A stretch of DNA of 64,000 bases. Source: Patescibacteria group bacterium. GTDB taxonomy: Bacteria; Patescibacteriota; Minisyncoccia; Moranbacterales; UBA2206. Position numbers and translations under genes: made by a program. Positions 56,260-64,000 of the stretch are shown here, in pieces. Where the stretch lies: positions 128,586 to 192,585 of the forward strand of contig JAKLIG010000001.1 in the NCBI GenBank assembly GCA_022709735.1. Direction: 5' to 3'. Position 1 is the stretch's first letter, and every line of letters starts with the position of its first letter. The notes beneath the pieces are model-generated. The model saw only the letters and a program-made list of their open reading frames with translations. It had not been told where the DNA came from and did not search any database.

Positions 56260-58512
56260 CTAATTCCTATTACATTTCAAAAGAATAGTACTTGAAAATA
56301 TTTTTTCACTCATGCAGCTTTCATTTATTGTAGAGCTGATCTGAATTTTGTCATTCTTCGCTAAGAGATAAAAATTATTCAGAGATCTCTTTTCTGATTT
56401 ACTAACATCCTCTTGTCTTAGAAGTCTTTTATTATTATTAGTGTAAAACCATAAATTGTGTCGAGCTGATCCAAAAAGAGAATCATTAATAATTATTGTT
56501 GTATCATTTTTAATATTGTTATTGATATAATGAGCAACATTAAGAGCTTCTTCTATTTTTCTATCTTCTATCACTAAGGCTAATTTTTTTGTGTCATCCT
56601 TTATTAGACAATATCTGAAGGTGTTAATAATATTTTGATTATTATTCAGAAAAAATAAAGATGGAATAATAAAGAAAAATAAAAGAAAGGATGTATTTAT
56701 TGGATTATTTTGACTATTTATTTTGAATTTATTTTTGCGAAATAATAAGACAATGAAAATAGTTAAGGAAACAGAAGCCACTATAATTAAAAGTGAATTA
56801 ACTTTTTCAATATAATAAATATAGGGATTAGTTAGTATTATATAATTATTTAAAATAAAGACTATTTTTCCAGCTAAATAAATTCGAATCGGCTTGATCA
56901 GAAAGAAAGAGAGTGAACCGATTGATAATAAATAATTTATTTTTATTTTATTGATAATATTTAAAAAAATTTCATAATTAAAGGCAATAAAAATAGTAGC
57001 AAAAGGAACAAGCATAAGCATATACTTATAACTCATACTAAGAACATAAGCATATAGATGGGGATTGAGAAAAAAAGGATCGGAAAATACTAGAAAAAAT
57101 AAAAAGATAAAAAATAAATTTAGTTTGGAAAAAGTATCATTTTTTATTTTTTTAACCAGTAATAATATAAGGATTATTAAAAATTGCCAAAAAGTTAAAC
57201 CAAAAACTTGTAAATTTGTAAATATTTGAAGTTTATTACTTATTAATATGTGGAAATGATCAATATGCACCTCTTTTTTTATAGTTTCATCCTGCTTCTG
57301 GGTAACTATTGTTTCCTTTTCTTCCATAATTGTCCTAGTTGATTCTTGGGGATCACTTGTTTCTTTCGCCTGGTTATTTATTTTATTTAACCGATTAGCA
57401 AATTCATTGGATTCAAAAGTTTTTTGTTGATTTTCGATTGAAATAAATTTTTTGAAAAATATAAATTTTTTATATTGCATAACTTCATCGCCGCTAAAAA
57501 TAGCAAATGCAAATAAGATTAATAGCAATATTGATATTTTTTTCTTCGGATTTGATTTGAAAAATAAGAGATTTAAAAAGAAAAGTAATCCAGATAGTAC
57601 TAGTCCGCTATAATTTATATAGCTTATCAGGCCACACAATAAGCCTAAAATAATAGCGTAAAACCAACTTCTATTCTCATTTAATTTATGTAATATAAAA
57701 AAAGATAATAACGATAAGTAGGCTATTATTATTTCCTTATAATCAAAATAAGACAAGGATGTAAAAAAATAACACGATAACAAAAAAGTTAGACCAATTA
57801 AGACATTATTTTTTTTAAATCTCGATATTATATAAATGACCAAAAAAAGCAAAAGTATAAAATAATAAGGATATATGAATTCAATGACTGAAAAAGTAGG
57901 GTTGTTTGGCGAATCACTTCTGTAAAAAAATGAATAAAAAATGGGGAGTGCTGGACGGATCCCGCTGTTCATAAGGTATTCTTTTTCTGGTCCATAAAGA
58001 GGATTGTTTTTATTGAAGTTAGAAAAAGGTTCTTGCGTTGTCAGTCTATCTAAATTCCTATCCTGGCTGTAAACAAACCCCTGTCTCAAATACTCGAATG
58101 CATCACTGCGAGTATTGTGATAAAAAATAGTTCTAGTTAAGGTAAAAACCGTCATGAACAAAACAAAAAAAAGCAGGATTTTTTTATTAAGGTTGCAAGA
58201 TATAAAAATTTTTAAAAAATTAGGGATAGGAATTGTTTTAACTTCGCTTGCGAATTGTATGAATTGTTTTTTCAAAGATAGTGCGATTATAAAAAATATC
58301 AAATAAATTATAATGGCATAAAATCCCCATTCTTTTTTGGGAAAGAATAAATAAAGATAATAAAGAAAAAGGGATATCAGAAGAGGGGATATCCCATAGC
58401 CCAAAAGAAAGGATAATTTATTGTCCAGTGTTTCTTTAGCTAAGCGTTTCATAAAAACACTTAATATGAAACCTGCAATTATATAAACAAATATAAAATT
58501 TACAATATCCAT
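56260..58512 (-). CDS. Large polytopic membrane protein (at least 14 TM), possible polymerase/GT-C-like
   Basis: 750 aa dominated by TM helices with one 90-aa charged loop. Confidence 0.35.
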   Translation of the reverse strand: MDIVNFIFVYIIAGFILSVFMKRLAKETLDNKLSFLLGYGISPLLISLFLYYLYLFFPKKEWGFYAIIIYLIFFIIALSLKKQFIQFASEVKTIPIPNFLKIFISCNLNKKILLFFVLFMTVFTLTRTIFYHNTRSDAFEYLRQGFVYSQDRNLDRLTTQEPFSNFNKNNPLYGPEKEYLMNSGIRPALPIFYSFFYRSDSPNNPTFSVIEFIYPYYFILLLFLVIYIISRFKKNNVLIGLTFLLSCYFFTSLSYFDYKEIIIAYLSLLSFFILHKLNENRSWFYAIILGLLCGLISYINYSGLVLSGLLFFLNLLFFKSNPKKKISILLLILFAFAIFSGDEVMQYKKFIFFKKFISIENQQKTFESNEFANRLNKINNQAKETSDPQESTRTIMEEKETIVTQKQDETIKKEVHIDHFHILISNKLQIFTNLQVFGLTFWQFLIILILLLVKKIKNDTFSKLNLFFIFLFFLVFSDPFFLNPHLYAYVLSMSYKYMLMLVPFATIFIAFNYEIFLNIINKIKINYLLSIGSLSFFLIKPIRIYLAGKIVFILNNYIILTNPYIYYIEKVNSLLIIVASVSLTIFIVLLFRKNKFKINSQNNPINTSFLLFFFIIPSLFFLNNNQNIINTFRYCLIKDDTKKLALVIEDRKIEEALNVAHYINNNIKNDTTIIINDSLFGSARHNLWFYTNNNKRLLRQEDVSKSEKRSLNNFYLLAKNDKIQISSTINESCMSEKIFSSTILLKCNRN

Positions 58513-58760
58513 ATATTGATTATGTCCTAAGAAATTTAATGATTAATTATAGTATATCAAAAATATCATAATTTGAAAATAAGTAGAAAATAGAGATAAA
58601 TCACAGTTCGCCAAGATGTATTGATATTTTTGCAAAATTTAGCTATAATTATGGTTATGGACAGGGTTTAATTTCAGATAACTTGGTTATGATTTCAAAA
58701 ATAAGAAACGGATTTATTAATATTCTAGAAATACTACACTTGCGTATTTTTGGACATAAA

Positions 58761-60011
58761 ATGAGCTACGAAATGAAAAAATTCATAGGTCATCTCCCTT
58801 GGTCTTTTTTGGGACTGTTCTTTAGCTCCTTAATACTTTTTTCTGTGAACATACTGGCAGGAAGAATTTTGGGTCCTGAAAGTTATGGAAAGTATAATCT
58901 AGTCTTGGTTGTGGCAAGTATTATGGCCATACCAATCCTTTTGGGGCTGGATATAACTTCAATTAAGTATATATCCAATGCCAAAAATCAATTAGATAAA
59001 AATAAATATCTTTCAAATTCTTTCCGGATAGCAGTATTTTCCAGTTTCACAGTTTTTGTTTTAGTGGCAACCTTTTACTTGAAAATTTCTGAAATTTTCG
59101 GAGTGTCGATTGAGATTGTATTTGTTGCGTTAATTTTTTCTATCCTGCTTAGTTTTAAAAATTTATTGGACAGCTTCATCAAAAGTTTTCATTTTTTTAG
59201 ATTTCAAGCAATAGTTAGAATAGTTGAAAGTAGTGTCGTTATTTTTTTATTTTTTTATTTTTTCTACTTTTTGAAAAAAAATGAGTATGAATTTTATCTC
59301 ATTTCTTCGATTTCCGGAGCGGCTGTTCTCTGTGGTGTTTATCTTTTTAGAATTAGAAAAAATATTATTGGTTGGGACAAAGAAAAAGTCGAGGAGATAT
59401 TTCATTATTCAAAAACAACTATCATTTTGGCTTGCATATTGATGATTATGAATTCCATGGACAAGATCTTTATTGGAAAATTTCTCGGTGTTCATTTACT
59501 TGGAATTTATAGCGCTTATTTTACTGTTTCTATGATTTTTATCAGTCAAGTAGTTTTGATGCTAGGCAATGTTTTTTTTCCGATGATCAGCAGTGCTGAA
59601 AATAAATACGCGGTTGTTAAAAAAATTGATAGGTTGGGAATTATTTTTTTTATTCCTGGGACTCTGGTTATAGCGACTTGTGCATTCTTAATGTTAAAAT
59701 TATACGGCAAAGAATTTCAATTAAACCAGTGGTATATTATTTGGTTTTCGGCGCTTTCTTTTTTGCAGATTCCGAGCGATTTTTATAGAAATGTGATATC
59801 TTCGGAAAATAGGCTATATGCCAAGATGAAAAAAGCTTTTTTTGTAATTCCAATAATTTTCTTTAGTTTATATTATTTGGTATTATCATCGAATGCTACA
59901 AGAAATTTTTTTAATGCAATACTAATCTACTCCATTTATGTGTTGTCTTATTTATTTATTACTCGATTTATTTGCAGGGATATTATAAGTTATAATAATT
60001 TAAAACAATGA
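58761..60011 (+). CDS. Polysaccharide flippase (Wzx-like, MOP superfamily), second copy
   Basis: 12 TM; ILAGRILGPESYGKYNLVLVVASI typical Wzx N-terminus; start at ATG 58761 preferred over TTG 58683. Confidence 0.55.
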   Translation: MSYEMKKFIGHLPWSFLGLFFSSLILFSVNILAGRILGPESYGKYNLVLVVASIMAIPILLGLDITSIKYISNAKNQLDKNKYLSNSFRIAVFSSFTVFVLVATFYLKISEIFGVSIEIVFVALIFSILLSFKNLLDSFIKSFHFFRFQAIVRIVESSVVIFLFFYFFYFLKKNEYEFYLISSISGAAVLCGVYLFRIRKNIIGWDKEKVEEIFHYSKTTIILACILMIMNSMDKIFIGKFLGVHLLGIYSAYFTVSMIFISQVVLMLGNVFFPMISSAENKYAVVKKIDRLGIIFFIPGTLVIATCAFLMLKLYGKEFQLNQWYIIWFSALSFLQIPSDFYRNVISSENRLYAKMKKAFFVIPIIFFSLYYLVLSSNATRNFFNAILIYSIYVLSYLFITRFICRDIISYNNLKQ

Positions 60012-60688
60012 AAATTAATTTAATTTTAGAAAAAATTAATCCAATTCGAATGTTATTCAAAAATCCGAAAACTTTGATTTTTGATTGCGGGCAACTAAAA
60101 AGCGCTATAAAAGGAACGCCGGTTGATTGCGACGGAAATAAAATTCCCTGGTATACATATCCGGCCATTGAATTTTTAGGCCAGCTTGATTTTTCGGACA
60201 AATCAGTATTCGAATATGGTTCCGGAAACTCTTCTTTTTTTTGGGCAAAAAGAGCGAAAGAATTAATTTCTGTGGACGACGATGAAAAATGGCATAAGCT
60301 GGTATCAAAAGAAATATTATTAAATCAAAAAATTGTTTTACTTAAAAATAGAGAAGAATATTCAAATTTTATAAAAAGCACCAATAAAAAATTTGATATT
60401 ATAATAATTGATGCAAAATATCGTATGGATTGCGCAAAATCAGCCAAAGACTCATTGAATAGCGGAGGCATGATAATCTTAGACAATTCGGACTGGTATC
60501 CTGATGTTGCAAAATATATTAGAGAGCAAAATTTTATACAAGTAGATTTTGCCGGATTCGGACCGATTAACAGTTATACTTGGGTGACATCGATTTTTTT
60601 CAGCAGGGAATATAATTTCAAACCAATTAACAAACAACCGCAATATTGTATTGGCGGAATAAAACAATATGCTAAAAACCAAGATTAA
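60008..60688 (+). CDS. Class I SAM-dependent methyltransferase-like protein
   Basis: VFEYGSGNSSFFWAKRAKELISVDDD Gly-rich motif I and acidic motif II. Confidence 0.45.
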   Translation: MKINLILEKINPIRMLFKNPKTLIFDCGQLKSAIKGTPVDCDGNKIPWYTYPAIEFLGQLDFSDKSVFEYGSGNSSFFWAKRAKELISVDDDEKWHKLVSKEILLNQKIVLLKNREEYSNFIKSTNKKFDIIIIDAKYRMDCAKSAKDSLNSGGMIILDNSDWYPDVAKYIREQNFIQVDFAGFGPINSYTWVTSIFFSREYNFKPINKQPQYCIGGIKQYAKNQD

Positions 60689-61403
60689 AAAACTTCTTTC
60701 AAAATCTATCATTATAAATAAAATTTACCAATTACTATTGGAAAAATTTGATGGATATTATGTGAAATCCTACTCACAGGAAGGAGAAGATATGATTCTT
60801 AGAAGATTATTCGAAGATACCAAGAAAGGATTCTATGTCGATATTGGAGCACATCATCCGCAGAGATTTTCTAATACGCAATATTTTTATAAAATGGGAT
60901 GGACTGGTATAAATGTAGATGCTATGCCTGGAAGCATGAAAAAATTTGAAAAATTGAGGCCGAGAGATATAAATTTAGAAATGGCGGTAAGTGATGCAAA
61001 TGAACATATGACGTACTATGCTTTTAATGATTCAGCGCTTAATACTTTTTCAGATGAATTATCAGAAATCTATAAAAAAGATTACAAAATAATTTTTAAA
61101 AAAGATATAGAAACTTTTCCTTTATCGGAAATTCTTGAAAAATATTTACCAAAAAATAAAGAAATAGATTTTCTTTCTATTGATGTTGAAAACCTGGAAT
61201 TAAATGTGCTCAAGTCTAATGATTGGAGCAAATATATGCCAAAATTCATATTAGTTGAGATGCTGAATGATAGAATTGATTCATTGCAGGATAATAAGAT
61301 ATACAATTTTCTTGTAAACAAAAATTATAGATTAATTTCAAAAACATTAAATACTGCAATATTTAGAATAAACACGCAGAGTAATGATATATGTGTGGAA
61401 TAG
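60669..61403 (+). CDS. FkbM-family methyltransferase
   Basis: GFYVDIGAHHPQRFSNT...FLSIDVENLELNVL FkbM pattern. Confidence 0.7.
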   Translation: MLKTKIKKLLSKSIIINKIYQLLLEKFDGYYVKSYSQEGEDMILRRLFEDTKKGFYVDIGAHHPQRFSNTQYFYKMGWTGINVDAMPGSMKKFEKLRPRDINLEMAVSDANEHMTYYAFNDSALNTFSDELSEIYKKDYKIIFKKDIETFPLSEILEKYLPKNKEIDFLSIDVENLELNVLKSNDWSKYMPKFILVEMLNDRIDSLQDNKIYNFLVNKNYRLISKTLNTAIFRINTQSNDICVE

Positions 61404-63304
61404 CGGGCATTTACAATTTTAACAAAAAATCTGTCTTAGAAGAAGAAATTAACATCTTAACTGATGCAGTTTTTCATCGGGGACCTGATGGAAAAGGAAT
61501 TTGGTTTAATGATGACAAGGCCTTGGCTTTAGGCCATAGGAGGCTTTCTATCCTCGATCTTAGCGAAAAGGGAAAACAGCCAATGTCATATAATAAGGGA
61601 AGATATAGAATAACATATAACGGAGAAATCTATAATTTTTTAGAAGTAAAATCAGAATTAGAAAAAAAAAGCTATTTATTTATTTCTGACTCTGACACCG
61701 AAGTCATCCTGGCGGCTTATCAAGAATGGGGAGAAAAAATGCTCCATAAATTTAATGGCATGTGGGCATTTGCTATTTATGATTCTCTTGAAAAAAAATT
61801 ATTTTTATCTCGTGATAGATTCGGCATAAAACCGCTTTATTATTATAAGGGCAAAGATAAGTTTATTTTTTCTTCCGAAGTTCAGGCTATTCACAAAATT
61901 TTAGGCGATAAGCATCCGCTAAATGAAAAAGTAATAAAGGATATATCATCGGGAAGCTTTCTGAATCATGGGACAAATGAAACATATTTGGAAAATGTTT
62001 TTTCTTTGCCGGGAGGGTATAATTTATTATTAGATCAAAAAGGAAAAACAAATATCAAGGAGTGGTATGTTTTAAATAAAATTGATGTTCCAGAAAAATT
62101 TGAAGATCAAGCAAAAAAACTGAAAGAATTGCTTTATGATTCTTGCACATTAAGGCTTAGGAGCGATGTTTTGATTGGAACTTGTCTTTCGGGTGGAATA
62201 GACAGCGGGGGGATAACAGCTATAATTAATTCATTTGAGCCGGAAAAAGATAGTCGTTTTTCAAAATATACTCATCGTGGATTTTGTGCTTCTTTTCCAG
62301 ATACTCCGCTTGATGAAAGAAAGTCAGCAGAATTATTGGCTGAAAAATTAGGTTCTAAATTGGATATTGTGGAAATATTACCACCAAGCAAGGAAGATTT
62401 AGAAATGGCTATGGAGCAATGCGATGGTCCAATGCATGCGCTGGCATTTTTTCCGATTTGGAATCTTTATAAATATATCAAAAATCAAGGAATTACAGTA
62501 ACATTAGATGGTCAAGGCCCTGATGAAATGTTAGGGGGATATCGTCCTATTCTAGAGGCATTAGAATCTGCGATTGAGTTTAAAAATTCTAGATGGTTTT
62601 GGGATATTTATAAAACATATTCTGCTCAGGGAGAAACGCCTCAATTTAGCTCAAAATGGTATGCAAGAAAAGTTTTAATAGTTGTAATTTTTAAAAAAAT
62701 TATTATTTATATCACAAATATATTTTCATGGCTCGGATTTTCAAAAATGAAAAATGATTTGAGCAAACTTTTAGGAGAAAATAAAAAAAATATAAATTTT
62801 TCAAAAAAATCCACTGGCTTTAATGATCTATTGGACGAAAGTTTATTTGAACAATTTTTTCAATCACCATTGCCGGGAATATTAAATCAGTATGACCGAT
62901 GTTCCATGGCGCATGGAGTAGAATGTCGCATGCCATATATGGATTATAGGATAGTTGAATTTGTTTTCTCTCTTCCACCAGAGTCAAAAGTTGGAGGAGG
63001 ATACACAAAAAGAGTTCTACGAGAAGCGCTGAAAGAAATATTGCCGGATGAAACAAGGCTTAATAAATTAAAGCTAGGATTTAATGCACCTATTGTTGAT
63101 TGGTTTAGGGGACCGCTTAAAGAATTTATGATCGAGCAGATGGATACGCAGGAATTTGTAAATTCAAAATATTTTGACGGGGAAAAGATGAAAAATGATT
63201 TTGAAATATTTTTAAGAAATCCAAAACCAAGCTGGGATGATGCGTGGAAATTTTGGCCACCAGTTCATTTGACTTGGTGGATGAATCATAATAATATTAA
63301 ATAA
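61391..63304 (+). CDS. asnB: Asparagine synthetase (glutamine-hydrolysing) family amidotransferase
   Basis: MCGIAGIY N-terminal nucleophile, SGGIDSG PP-loop. Confidence 0.85.
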   Translation: MCGIAGIYNFNKKSVLEEEINILTDAVFHRGPDGKGIWFNDDKALALGHRRLSILDLSEKGKQPMSYNKGRYRITYNGEIYNFLEVKSELEKKSYLFISDSDTEVILAAYQEWGEKMLHKFNGMWAFAIYDSLEKKLFLSRDRFGIKPLYYYKGKDKFIFSSEVQAIHKILGDKHPLNEKVIKDISSGSFLNHGTNETYLENVFSLPGGYNLLLDQKGKTNIKEWYVLNKIDVPEKFEDQAKKLKELLYDSCTLRLRSDVLIGTCLSGGIDSGGITAIINSFEPEKDSRFSKYTHRGFCASFPDTPLDERKSAELLAEKLGSKLDIVEILPPSKEDLEMAMEQCDGPMHALAFFPIWNLYKYIKNQGITVTLDGQGPDEMLGGYRPILEALESAIEFKNSRWFWDIYKTYSAQGETPQFSSKWYARKVLIVVIFKKIIIYITNIFSWLGFSKMKNDLSKLLGENKKNINFSKKSTGFNDLLDESLFEQFFQSPLPGILNQYDRCSMAHGVECRMPYMDYRIVEFVFSLPPESKVGGGYTKRVLREALKEILPDETRLNKLKLGFNAPIVDWFRGPLKEFMIEQMDTQEFVNSKYFDGEKMKNDFEIFLRNPKPSWDDAWKFWPPVHLTWWMNHNNIK

Positions 63305-63306
63305 TT

Positions 63307-64000
63307 ATGCTGGCACCAATCGTTCTATTTGTTTATAACCGTCCATGGCACACCAGAAAAACACTGGAAAGTCTTGAAACAAATGCTCTAGCAAAAGAGT
63401 CAGAACTTTTTATTTTTGCTGATGGGCCAAAAGAAAACGCATCTCAAGAGCAACTAAAAAAAATAACGGAGACGCGAAAAATAATCCGAGAAAAAAACTG
63501 GTGCAATAATGTCACTATTGTCGAGAAGGATGCAAATATGGGCCTGGCCAATTCTGTGATAGCTGGAGTGACTGAAATTGTGAATAAATTTGGGAAAGTA
63601 ATAGTCCTAGAAGATGATTTGCTGATATCAAAGAATTTTTTGAGATATATGAACGATGCTCTTGATAGATATGAAAATGAAGAAAAAGTCATGCAAATTT
63701 CAGGCTACATGTTCCCAACAAAAATTTTGACAAAAAATGATGCATTCTTTTTGCCCTTTACAACCTCATGGGGCTGGGGGACATGGAAAAGAGCTTGGGA
63801 TTGTTTTGATCCGGAAATGAAAGGTTTGGAAACTATTAAAAATAATGAAAATCTACAAAAAAAATTTGATTTAAATGACTCCTATCCTTATTACAAGATG
63901 CTTTTAAATCAAAAGTCTAATCAGATTGATTCATGGGCAATCAGATTTTATCTAAGTGTTTTTTTGAAAGATGGCTTGACACTCTATCCTAAAAAAACAT
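63307..64000 (+). CDS. GT-A fold glycosyltransferase (family-2-like), partial, runs off window end
   Basis: ATG 63307; PIVLFVYNRPWHTRKTLESL...FIFADGP...VLEDDL (DXD); open to position 64000. Confidence 0.5.
   Translation, partial: MLAPIVLFVYNRPWHTRKTLESLETNALAKESELFIFADGPKENASQEQLKKITETRKIIREKNWCNNVTIVEKDANMGLANSVIAGVTEIVNKFGKVIVLEDDLLISKNFLRYMNDALDRYENEEKVMQISGYMFPTKILTKNDAFFLPFTTSWGWGTWKRAWDCFDPEMKGLETIKNNENLQKKFDLNDSYPYYKMLLNQKSNQIDSWAIRFYLSVFLKDGLTLYPKKT

Overview
This is a very AT-rich window, about 30% GC by eye, with short intergenic spacers and many small or membrane proteins. Together with a reduced cell-division/cell-wall (dcw) cluster, that is consistent with a Patescibacteria/CPR-like bacterium; this is an inference, as no search was possible. 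Left to right: a partial TrmB-like regulator; a NitT/TauT-type ABC importer; GtrA, CofE-like and YhhQ-like genes; typA; a reduced dcw cluster (promoter, mraZ, rsmH, ftsL-like, ftsI, murF); and then a run of housekeeping/nucleic-acid genes (HD-domain protein, ArsM-like methyltransferase, PolB-type 3'-5' exonuclease, GIY-YIG nuclease, TspO, deaminase). Next comes a palindrome-flanked module (ArsR-like regulator plus an 876-aa secreted beta-helix/lipase-like protein), small Cys-rich/lipoprotein/zinc-ribbon genes, rmuC, and a cellulose-synthase-like GT2 next to a TagO/WecA-like transferase. After a convergent prfA-prmC pair come rmlD and glyA, and from about 35.6 kb to the window end a roughly 28-kb cell-envelope glycopolymer locus. 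That locus contains an RmlA-like and a UDPGP-like nucleotidyltransferase, several GT4/GT2 glycosyltransferases, a five-gene minus-strand membrane operon with ArnT/PMT-like GT-C enzymes, an SDR epimerase, metK, two Wzx-like flippases, tagD, a sulfotransferase, a TagF-like glycerophosphotransferase, FkbM-type methyltransferases, asnB and a partial GT-A gene. The most unusual signals are three families of short dispersed repeats with copies embedded in frame inside essential genes (prmC and rsmH). One is a GC-rich 20-bp palindrome, one is the 18-mer TTACGAACTACGAAATTA, which also forms a large inverted repeat between the mraZ promoter and its start codon, and one is an AT-rich CAATTTACAAT family. 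A fourth set of ATTCTGCAGAAT-core palindromes brackets the ArsR-like regulator and the secreted hydrolase. There is also a 69-bp GC-rich insertion in rmlD flanked by direct repeats, plus two un-called micro-ORFs that have ribosome-binding sites and terminators. No rRNA, tRNA or CRISPR array was found.
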